Shown piece by piece: positions 56,525-64,000 of a DNA stretch of 64,000 nt. The stretch is taken from the IMG/VR virus record IMGVR_UViG_3300042934_000594, positions 205,431 to 269,430 of that record, one strand, 5' to 3'. Position 1 is the first letter of the stretch. Each line of letters starts with the position of its first letter. The notes under the pieces are model-generated. The model did no database searches. It worked only from the letters and a program-made list of their open reading frames with translations, and was not told the DNA's origin. The position numbers were made by a program, and so were the translations under genes.

Positions 56525-56741
56525 CCGTCTGCTGATCCTCGGGTTTGCCATCGGTGGCATCCTGTTGCTCGGCTCGTTCATTGCCCGCATCGCGATCTAT
56601 TGTCAGGGTAAGATCGCAGAGATGGATGACATCGGTGCACGGTTGTTCTTCACCCTGGCCAATGCCGTGGGGTGGATCATCCTGACCATCACCTGGATGG
56701 CGTTTATCGTCCCAGCGCTCTGGCGTTATTACTACTCGTAA
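56517..56741 (+). CDS. small 2-TM membrane protein
   Basis: Two hydrophobic helices; hairpin at 56751-56771. Confidence 0.65.
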   Translation: MNDRLLILGFAIGGILLLGSFIARIAIYCQGKIAEMDDIGARLFFTLANAVGWIILTITWMAFIVPALWRYYYS

Positions 56742-56800
56742 CCGCATAACGCCCTCCCGCGGTGGGAGGGCTTATGTCCTTTTACCCCATGGAGTTTCTT

Positions 56801-57097
56801 ATGACTGTCCGCATGCTTGTTGTTACCCCTCAGAGCGCACCGACCTTGTTCAATGGGGAGGATATTCTCAAGTACCTCAGCGCTAACATCGCCAGCGACG
56901 ATCCCGATGCGACGATTTACACCTGGAGCAGTGAAGGTAACCAGGTCACCGCAGGCGGTCATCGTCATGACCTTAATGTGGAAGTTCTGGACGTCAAGGT
57001 CACCCCCGCCCTAAAAGGCTTGAAGGGTGATCTGCTGAGCTGGCTGCAAGACGGTAATGAAACCGACACCCTGGAAATGGGCTTCGGCACACTCTAA
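56801..57097 (+). CDS. hypothetical protein
   Basis: GGAG before ATG56801; hairpin at 57105-57129. Confidence 0.65.
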   Translation: MTVRMLVVTPQSAPTLFNGEDILKYLSANIASDDPDATIYTWSSEGNQVTAGGHRHDLNVEVLDVKVTPALKGLKGDLLSWLQDGNETDTLEMGFGTL

Positions 57098-57162
57098 ACA
57101 TAAGGGGCCTCTTCGCCGGAAGAGGTCCCTGCAATACCCCTTACCTATTTAGGAGCTGTACT

Positions 57163-57672
57163 GTGACAACATTTGAAACCCGAGACCTGCCTGAAGATGA
57201 CGCTGGTGCCAAGGCTGCTGACCTTATGCGCAAACGCAGTCTTGCCAGCAAAGCGCTCAAGGCCTTCAAGATCACCGTGTGGGTGTTTATCGCTGTGGGC
57301 CTGCTCGCTATCGCAGGTTTCCTTTATTACGCCTACACCACGCACGTAGGCGGTTACGTGACCGATGAACGCGCTTGCTCGATCGACATCGGTAAGAAGA
57401 ACATTGCAGGCACCCGTTCATACGGCTACCACTACGACGAGTACCTGGGCTTTCGTTTTATCGACACCCGCACCATCAGTGAACAGACCAAGATGCAAGT
57501 CCGCGGGGCCGGGTACACGGTAGTGAACCTCTATACCGACAATACCTTTGACACCACCCGCGTCGGGCAAGGCGAGCAAGGCATTCAGGTCCTCAAAGCT
57601 GCGGAGCGCTACGTCTTTATTTTCGAAGACGGCTCCATTGGTATGTCCGACTACAAGAAACTGTGTAAATAG
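57163..57672 (+). CDS. single-pass membrane protein with beta-rich ectodomain
   Basis: TM ITVWVFIAVGLLAIAGFLYYAY; two Cys. Confidence 0.7.
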   Translation: MTTFETRDLPEDDAGAKAADLMRKRSLASKALKAFKITVWVFIAVGLLAIAGFLYYAYTTHVGGYVTDERACSIDIGKKNIAGTRSYGYHYDEYLGFRFIDTRTISEQTKMQVRGAGYTVVNLYTDNTFDTTRVGQGEQGIQVLKAAERYVFIFEDGSIGMSDYKKLCK

Positions 57673-57682
57673 GAGTCTTTCA

Positions 57683-57892
57683 ATGACTGATAAACACGCA
57701 GGTTACCTGATTGTTCTCGATCAGGACATTCGTGAAGATGACGCTGAGGCGATCATCAACGCGATCAAAATGATCAAACACGTTTCCACCGTGACCCCCG
57801 TGGTGGCGAATCCGACGATGTACATTGCCCAGAATCGCGCTGACGACGTCTGGCGTGAGCGTCTGCTTACGCTGTTGCAGGAGCCTAAGTAA
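57683..57892 (+). CDS. hypothetical phage protein
   Basis: AGGAG before ATG57683. Confidence 0.7.
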   Translation: MTDKHAGYLIVLDQDIREDDAEAIINAIKMIKHVSTVTPVVANPTMYIAQNRADDVWRERLLTLLQEPK

Positions 57893-58545
57893 TGGGAAGT
57901 AGTGCCTATCCGGTGGTAGGGCGCTTGCGTCGTGACCACCCGTTCCCGTTCACGGGCGACCTGATGGCCATGATGGCTTCCGGGCTGTACCGCCCTCAAG
58001 ACTTTGAGTTCCTCGACCCGGATAAAGACGAGCCTTTGATCAATGGTAACTTCGCGGTTCATCTTCACTCCAACTACCCACTGTTCAGTTGGTTGGCAGA
58101 CATTCGTGGAACCACTGCACCGATCGAAGGGTACCTTCAAAACAAGGTGGACAGCGAAGCGTTTTGCGATTGGTTGAGTAAAGGTTTTCCGAAGTACCTG
58201 GACGGTACATGGAACCCGATCGACCCGAAGGAAGACTTCAATGAGCGCTACGTCGTCGGATGGCGGGGTCCGCACATTCGCACCATCGACTGGTTGCTGA
58301 ACTTTAACTACGACACCGTGGCGCATCTACAGCATGGGTTTGACGACGACGAGGTGGTGTTCAACGAGACCACCTGTTGTTTCGAGTACGTAGGTCCCGG
58401 CGTGCCTCACCCCGAAGGGCGTACGTACCGAGATATATTCACGTTTGCCGAAGGTTCCGTAAATTGTCCGGTTGATGAGTACTTCCAGTACTTGAAAGCT
58501 GCCAAGGCCGAAGATTGGGATTTCATCATCTTTCTGTTTGATTAG
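57892..58545 (+). CDS. hypothetical protein
   Basis: TAATG coupling; NYPLFSWLADIRG. Confidence 0.75.
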   Translation: MGSSAYPVVGRLRRDHPFPFTGDLMAMMASGLYRPQDFEFLDPDKDEPLINGNFAVHLHSNYPLFSWLADIRGTTAPIEGYLQNKVDSEAFCDWLSKGFPKYLDGTWNPIDPKEDFNERYVVGWRGPHIRTIDWLLNFNYDTVAHLQHGFDDDEVVFNETTCCFEYVGPGVPHPEGRTYRDIFTFAEGSVNCPVDEYFQYLKAAKAEDWDFIIFLFD

Positions 58546-58553
58546 GAGGCCCT

Positions 58554-58952
58554 ATGGCTCTCAGCGATAAAGATTACATCCACCGCTTGACCGCGGTGGA
58601 CCCAGGGTTGACAACGTGTCACGTGGCGTCTGTCGATGTGGACAAAGACGGTAATGTGACTGCGGCGGCCGTATTCAAGGACGGGACCGAGACGACCTTC
58701 GGAATCCCTAAGGGACCACGGCCAGTGCGCAGCTTAAATGTTGACTACGATGGGGACGCCTGCCACGGTACGGGTCACCAACCCCGTGAAGACCTGGCGG
58801 TGGGTTGGATGGACACTAACCTGTACGCGACTCGACTATTGCTTACTTACGCAATGCTCGTTTCGCGTTATCACGAAGAAAACACCAAGCGTCGTCCGAG
58901 TCGGGACAAGTACCTGACCAAGCTCATGCGTTACCACAACCGCGCCAAATAA
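58554..58952 (+). CDS. hypothetical protein with NVDYDGD motif
   Basis: AGGAGG RBS; terminator at 58955-58996. Confidence 0.7.
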   Translation: MALSDKDYIHRLTAVDPGLTTCHVASVDVDKDGNVTAAAVFKDGTETTFGIPKGPRPVRSLNVDYDGDACHGTGHQPREDLAVGWMDTNLYATRLLLTYAMLVSRYHEENTKRRPSRDKYLTKLMRYHNRAK

Positions 58953-59079
58953 ACCAGCAGGGGCTTCGGCCCCTGCTGTATGCCCTTTTCTTTTTTGTGT
59001 TGGAGGCATTACTGGATGTCTTATCTATTGTAGGGTAGCACCCTATTCCGATGTACCACCCTTCACTCGGAGCTTCACA

Positions 59080-60177
59080 ATGCGGTTTGCACAGTTGAAC
59101 GAGTTCAATCACACGGACTCGACGAACCACCTCACGTCCAACAAGGACTTGCCGGCACTGAACAACCAGTACTTTCAGCAGTGGCCTGATCGTCTGCGTT
59201 TCAACAGTCCGACATCAGGTGAGAACCTGGACAGCACTTCCGATGCTACCCCGTACGGGCGCTCGGAGCTGCGTGAGTGGGACATCAAGAAAAACCGTAA
59301 GGCTGGCTTCTTAATGAACCAGTTCGCGCAGAGCTTCTTTGCTGCGCGCCAAGCCATTGTCGACGTAGGCCCTGCGGGTAAGTCGATCTCCATGCAGATC
59401 CACGGTGCTGGTGATCATCCTGTTGGCAAGTTGCAATGGAAGCTGGCTAAGGACAAGAAGTCCGTTGACCTGAACTTCCAGTATCGGGTCAAGTGCAACA
59501 CCAAGGAAGACCAGGACATCATCTTGGTCAAAGGCGTTCCGTTCAACGTCGCGTTCGACCTGGCCATTTCGTATGGCGAAGGTTGGATGGCTGTCGACTA
59601 CAACTGGAACACTGACAAGCCAGTCAGTAAAGTCATCACCCTGGACAAGAAAAGCTACGCCAAAGACCCGCAGTACTTTAAGTCAGGTGTGTATTGTCAG
59701 ACCCAGGTGGTCGACAAGAACAAGCAGCTTAAGGGTCAAGGTGTGGTTGACATCTTTGCCTTCGCGATGCATCACGGGGAGAAAATCGAATTGCCAGACT
59801 TCGATAAGCAAGCAGAGTTCAAGGCTGGTGAAGACACCACCAACCAGAAAAACCCAGCACCCGTCCCTACACCCGGCACGCCTGAAAAGCCTGCTGAGTC
59901 GCAGAACCCCGGTCAGAACCCGGTGGATTACCCTGAGGTGGACATCCCGAAAGTCCCCGCAGCCACCAACGCTGACCAATTGCTCGCAGGCGTTCCTGCT
60001 GGCAAAGTAGAAGCAGTCAAAGTGCTGATCGGTCAGATCAACACCGCCGCCAATGCGGGCCAACCGGCGCTTGCCAAAGAAGCGCTGACCAAGTTGGAAG
60101 ATATCGCCGATCATTTCGATGAAGACGAGATCGTCAACTTGCGTACCTGGCTCAAGTCCATGCGCGACGCGATGTAA
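59080..60177 (+). CDS. polysaccharide lyase family 7 (alginate lyase) with Pro-rich linker and helical C-terminal domain
   Basis: All three PL7 signatures: RSELRE, QIH, YFKSGVYCQ. Confidence 0.88.
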   Translation: MRFAQLNEFNHTDSTNHLTSNKDLPALNNQYFQQWPDRLRFNSPTSGENLDSTSDATPYGRSELREWDIKKNRKAGFLMNQFAQSFFAARQAIVDVGPAGKSISMQIHGAGDHPVGKLQWKLAKDKKSVDLNFQYRVKCNTKEDQDIILVKGVPFNVAFDLAISYGEGWMAVDYNWNTDKPVSKVITLDKKSYAKDPQYFKSGVYCQTQVVDKNKQLKGQGVVDIFAFAMHHGEKIELPDFDKQAEFKAGEDTTNQKNPAPVPTPGTPEKPAESQNPGQNPVDYPEVDIPKVPAATNADQLLAGVPAGKVEAVKVLIGQINTAANAGQPALAKEALTKLEDIADHFDEDEIVNLRTWLKSMRDAM

Positions 60178-60182
60178 TAAGG

Positions 60183-60206
60183 GCAGTCCCTTCGGGGACT
60201 GCTTTA
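60183..60206 (+). terminator. intrinsic terminator
   Basis: GCAGTCCC-TTCG-GGGACTGC followed by TTTA. Confidence 0.8.
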
Positions 60207-60217
60207 TATCGTCTCTA

Positions 60218-60245
60218 ACTGCACCGATTTTGAAAACTACATAAT
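60218..60245 (+). promoter_or_regulatory. early promoter candidate
   Basis: ACTGCACC-gat-TTTGAAAACTACATAAT. Confidence 0.5.
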
Positions 60246-60272
60246 GTCGTTAGTAACCCTGAGGACTAACAC

Positions 60273-60707
60273 ATGCGTGAACCGATCACCGAAGTCATCC
60301 AATCCCTGACCCAACAGTACCTTGATAAAACCCCAGGCCTTACGCTTGAAGGTATCAACCGAGGTGAATGTGAAACCTTCGCCCAAGCGGTTATCGCTCG
60401 GGTGTATGGGGGCAACATGTTTGGTGTGGAGGAATTCCAACAGCCCGACGGGAAATTCGATTGGCATCACCTTGAGGCGGAATGGGGCATTAGCCCGCCC
60501 GGCGGCTTTACCCACGAACAGGTTGATGCGGCTGATCTGGGTGGCCATCTGTGGATCGTCCAGAGAACCGTGACGTTTGGCGGCGTTACTACAAACCGCC
60601 ATTATGACTGCGAGTGCCCTGAGGGGGTGGACAGTTTCTTTGACCTCCCTTTCTTCAAACGACAACTCACCAAACGAGTACCTGACCATGGCCTTCACAC
60701 TTCCTGA
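60273..60707 (+). CDS. putative papain/transglutaminase-fold protein
   Basis: INRGECETFA, GHLWI, HYD in Cys-His-Asp order. Confidence 0.5.
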   Translation: MREPITEVIQSLTQQYLDKTPGLTLEGINRGECETFAQAVIARVYGGNMFGVEEFQQPDGKFDWHHLEAEWGISPPGGFTHEQVDAADLGGHLWIVQRTVTFGGVTTNRHYDCECPEGVDSFFDLPFFKRQLTKRVPDHGLHTS

Positions 60708-61347
60708 GTTCTTTCAGCGCCTACAATCAATGCAGGATCAGCACGATCAACATTATCACGCTGACGTCTATACTTTGTCACGCGCCGATAACCTGCGTCA
60801 CATGACCCTGCACATGGGTAAGTACCTGGGTAAGCTGGCCCAATTCGAACGCGATGGTAAGGCACTCGATCCAGCCGTTGAGGGTGTGCTGGTGGACTGG
60901 TTGATCATCTGCATGTCATCAGCCTGCCGCTTGAACTTCAACCTGGGTGTGGCCCTGCATGAGAAAACCCTGACAGGCGATCTGTGGGAACGCCATCACG
61001 GCAGCTATCCTAATCCCGAAACTGCGGATGAGGCCATCCGTCAGATCGCCAACGAGCAGATCCTGGGTAAGGGCAGCCGCCTGTCGATCGTCCACCTGGC
61101 AATCCCCGTTGGGCGCATGGCCAAGGCACTGGAAGCACTGGACCACCTGGAGGATTTTGATTCCAGGGGTGTTCTGGAAGCCAGCGTTAAAGAAGTCTTC
61201 ATGCAAGTACTGGCGCTCTGGGCTCACTACAGCCCGCACGCGAAGTTCAGCGCCTGCATGCGCGCCCGTTTGGAGCACGTGGAGTCCCGTAACTTCATGT
61301 ACCGCTTCAAACCCAAGTACCGCGAAAACTTCAAGGCCCCGCTGTAA
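60688..61347 (+). CDS. MazG-like all-alpha protein (two degenerate helical units)
   Basis: LRHMTLHMGKYLGKLA..DWLIICMSSACRLNFNL; second unit IVHLAIPVGRMAKALEALDH. Confidence 0.5.
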   Translation: MAFTLPEFFQRLQSMQDQHDQHYHADVYTLSRADNLRHMTLHMGKYLGKLAQFERDGKALDPAVEGVLVDWLIICMSSACRLNFNLGVALHEKTLTGDLWERHHGSYPNPETADEAIRQIANEQILGKGSRLSIVHLAIPVGRMAKALEALDHLEDFDSRGVLEASVKEVFMQVLALWAHYSPHAKFSACMRARLEHVESRNFMYRFKPKYRENFKAPL

Positions 61348-61904
61348 TGAAATTCCAGGCCGCGATGGATGCGTGCCCACCAGGCTTCTTCGTCAAAGAT
61401 GAACGTGAGGGTTGGAACGAGTACGCCGTGCAGTTTGGTCGTGGTGCCGATGGCGTACCGTTCTGGACGGCGGGCGGTACGGTGGGTGGGGATCTCACTC
61501 CAGAACGTACACCCACCGATGAGGCGGTGTACCACATCTACGACCGAATGGGCAGCAAAAGTCCGCTGAGCCTTAACGAGGTCAAGCGTCTGTACGAAGG
61601 ACGTCAACGCCGACTTAAGGTCGAGCAGGAAGTGTGGGTCAACGACCGTAACGACTTCCTGGGTAAAGTCAATCGGGTCATCCACCGCCAGCTGGAAACC
61701 CCGATTGCGGAAGGGACCTTGCTGTACGACGCCCTCCCCAGCCAGCTTAACACCTTGGCAGTTGAGATCCTCAAGATCATCGATGGCAAACAACACCCTA
61801 AAGATCCCGGCTACACCCTGATCGCCAAGAGTGTTGGTCCGATAGGCCACCACAGCGATATCAGCGGTGAATTGGCGGTCCTCTTCAATGGCATTAATAC
61901 TTAA
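61347..61904 (+). CDS. INT-module family protein 4
   Basis: Ends ILKIIDG..PGYTLIA..DISGELAVLFNGINT. Confidence 0.8.
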   Translation: MKFQAAMDACPPGFFVKDEREGWNEYAVQFGRGADGVPFWTAGGTVGGDLTPERTPTDEAVYHIYDRMGSKSPLSLNEVKRLYEGRQRRLKVEQEVWVNDRNDFLGKVNRVIHRQLETPIAEGTLLYDALPSQLNTLAVEILKIIDGKQHPKDPGYTLIAKSVGPIGHHSDISGELAVLFNGINT

Positions 61905-61915
61905 AGGAGTCGTCC

Positions 61916-62587
61916 ATGTATCAAACCCCGAGCGCAGGCCAGCTGGCTGAAATCAAATTGCTAGTCCCAGGTATCGCTGACCTGATCAACGAAGCGCAAC
62001 TGGCTACGCTGGCCACCAATCTCACCCGTGAAGACGACGCAGGCACTACCCTGCGTCAGGTCCTGGAAGTGATGGTCAAGGCGCAGGCTGTCACTGAAGA
62101 GCACCTGGTAGATTTGGTGCGGTATGTCAACTTCCAGCGCTTAGGCCCTATGCTTAAGCAGCAGGAACAACTGGCCATCGCAACCCAAGGATTTGCGTTG
62201 CAGGGTGTGTTCTCCACCAAAGAAGGGGAAACAGATCGGGCCTACACCATCGGCCTCAGCATCCGCACAGGCTTTGAAGTGTTTGCCATGGCCGGTAATG
62301 ACGTGAACCTACTGCAAGCCATGGTAGCGTCCTACGCAAAACTAGCGCTGGATGGGCAGGACATTGAAGTGCCTCGCAACGATTTAGGTGGTATGAGGCA
62401 TCAGCCCAACTATGGCGTGCGCACGGTGGCCGTTCCGGTAACTGACCCTGAAGCGATCCAACGGTACTTGCCAGGTCAGCCTCATCCGGTGACCAAGGTG
62501 TACCAGATTCTGATTGCCGACAAAAACAACCTCCTGCCTAACGAGCAGGGCTACGATACGGACTGGGTCCAACCCCTGGTTGGGTAG
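61916..62587 (+). CDS. DUF4262-like protein
   Basis: AYTIGL..E; YQILIAD..LP.EQGYD..QP. Confidence 0.6.
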   Translation: MYQTPSAGQLAEIKLLVPGIADLINEAQLATLATNLTREDDAGTTLRQVLEVMVKAQAVTEEHLVDLVRYVNFQRLGPMLKQQEQLAIATQGFALQGVFSTKEGETDRAYTIGLSIRTGFEVFAMAGNDVNLLQAMVASYAKLALDGQDIEVPRNDLGGMRHQPNYGVRTVAVPVTDPEAIQRYLPGQPHPVTKVYQILIADKNNLLPNEQGYDTDWVQPLVG

Positions 62588-62596
62588 AGGTGGTAT

Positions 62597-63688
62597 ATGA
62601 ACGATACGCCAGCATGGGTTACTCTGGCTGTACGGGACGTCCTGAGTGATGTCACTGATCGCCGTGGCCTGCGACAAGCATTGGACCAGTGTGATCAGGA
62701 AACCCTGGACGCGATGGAAGGGCATTTCAAAAGCTTGGTAAGTTGCACGTCCACTTCGGCGCTGGCGGTGGATGCGATCCTGTGCTATCTGCGCAATGAG
62801 GACAACTCCTTTGCCCGTGAGTGGGATCAGGTCGATGCAGAAACACAGCACGACATACGCACCCAGTGGGAGACATTGATCCAGCGTCGTCGTGAGACGG
62901 ATTGGAAGAAAGTCACCCCCAGTCAGGACCGTAGTGAGCGCTCCTGGGAGCGTGAGGTTGCCGTCAAGCTCTGGGACGGCCTCTGGTTGAAAGCCGGCAC
63001 TCGAAAAATCGTCGGCGATGTCGCACTGAACGAACGTGAGCAGTTGTTGGACTTGATGGCGGATATGATTCGCCGCAACAAGAATACCACCGCAGCTGCC
63101 AACGGGGTGCTGTCCTTACTGCTGTTGGAGATGGCGGGTTTCCATGACATCTACTACGGGCTCACGTACACCGAGCGGATGGAGTTGCTGCGCGATTGGA
63201 ATCAGATGATCCTGGCTGCCATTCCCAAGACCGAGCCGGCACCCAAAGATAAAATCTTCAAGCAAGACACCGGCGCGTTCTACCAACTCCCCGTCCCGGA
63301 ACAGCAAGCCAACCTGTACGCTCATGCGCGTTACCCGCTGATCGATGCAGGCCTCACCGCTGAGCAACAAGCCTGGGAACTGCGCAGTGCATGGCTTAAG
63401 GGGTGTGAGTGGCAAAAGACCCAAACACCGTTGGACAACCTGGGGCCTAAAGACCGGCTGATGTATGACCTCAATGCCATCGTCGATATGTGGGACGACA
63501 ATGGCATCTCACGGGCTGACACCAAAGACATCATCGGTTCGGTACTCAGTTTGATTGACGGGGAGCCCTACGATGACGACCTGCCTTCAGGACCTGGGTA
63601 TTACCTGATTCCGAAGAGCGGTCCACTCAATGCCGAATTCGACCTTTCTGGAAGCCTGGCCTACCTCTGGGATGAGATTAATACCTAA
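62597..63688 (+). CDS. INT-module family protein 5 with four N-terminal helical repeats
   Basis: Ends VLSLIDG..PGYYLIP..DLSGSLAYLWDEINT. Confidence 0.8.
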   Translation: MNDTPAWVTLAVRDVLSDVTDRRGLRQALDQCDQETLDAMEGHFKSLVSCTSTSALAVDAILCYLRNEDNSFAREWDQVDAETQHDIRTQWETLIQRRRETDWKKVTPSQDRSERSWEREVAVKLWDGLWLKAGTRKIVGDVALNEREQLLDLMADMIRRNKNTTAAANGVLSLLLLEMAGFHDIYYGLTYTERMELLRDWNQMILAAIPKTEPAPKDKIFKQDTGAFYQLPVPEQQANLYAHARYPLIDAGLTAEQQAWELRSAWLKGCEWQKTQTPLDNLGPKDRLMYDLNAIVDMWDDNGISRADTKDIIGSVLSLIDGEPYDDDLPSGPGYYLIPKSGPLNAEFDLSGSLAYLWDEINT

Positions 63689-63730
63689 TACTCTGTGGTA
63701 CCCGATCGCTTACCCGAAAAGGAGACACCC

Positions 63731-63883
63731 ATGAGTTTGGCTCTGACAATCTTGTTGGTCTTGCTTTTACTTGGCTGCCTACCTACGTGGGGTTACTCAC
63801 GCAGTTGGGGTTATGGGCCAGGTGGAATCGTCGGCACCCTCCTAATCATCGTCATTGTCTTGGCGTTGATGGGACGGTTGTAG
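63731..63883 (+). CDS. DUF3309 family small membrane protein
   Basis: LLLLGCLPTWGYSRSWGYGPGGIVG..LMGRL; AAGGAG RBS. Confidence 0.85.
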   Translation: MSLALTILLVLLLLGCLPTWGYSRSWGYGPGGIVGTLLIIVIVLALMGRL

Positions 63884-63949
63884 CACCACCGCCCTTCCCT
63901 TCGGGGGAGGTTATTTCCTGTACCTCTGAAGAAGATGAGAAACTTACCT

Positions 63950-64000
63950 ATGTCGAATGTCATCGACCTCTTTGCTAAGCGCAGTGATGCAGAACAGCGC
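63950..64000 (+). CDS. hypothetical protein, 3'-partial (MSNVIDLFAKR...)
   Basis: ATG63950 after a hairpin; frame open to the window end. Confidence 0.5.
   Translation, partial: MSNVIDLFAKRSDAEQR

Noticed and set aside
1-64000. CRISPR array, integrase/transposase, reverse transcriptase, nuclear shell or tubulin genes
   Set aside because: None recognised in this window; the recurring hairpins are dispersed, not regularly spaced

Overview
This window is a 64-kb slice of a GC-rich phiKZ-like (nucleus-forming family) jumbo myovirus genome. The host is probably Pseudomonas-type, judged from the alginate lyase and the 16S-complement variant. Bases 1-20.8 kb are a conserved late/virion block in phiKZ gp174-gp182 order (numbering recalled, not searched): structural protein, prohead protease, two head-associated proteins, virion RNA polymerase beta and beta-prime subunits, a 2536-aa tail lytic transglycosylase and a tail protein. 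Bases 20.8-64 kb are mostly plus-strand accessory genes behind a recurring phage-specific early promoter and GC hairpins. They include tmk, dcd, thyA, a DEDDh exonuclease, a SLOG protein, a MazG-like protein, a PL7 alginate lyase and Tad1- and Tad2-like anti-defence sponges; a minus-strand virion island (32.8-37.1 kb) carries an SNF2 helicase. Four observations stand out. (1) A ~115-150 nt structured intergenic RNA carries a perfect 16-nt complement of the 16S rRNA 3' end. (2) A ~510-nt highly base-paired non-coding RNA candidate lies at 27.1-27.6 kb. (3) At least five, probably six, otherwise unrelated proteins share a C-terminal module or tag ending in -INT/-IND. (4) The prohead protease and the virion helicase share a C-terminal PA[FY]LxNW motif behind protease-type cleavage sites. 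All family calls come from motif recognition by eye; no searches or folding programs were run.
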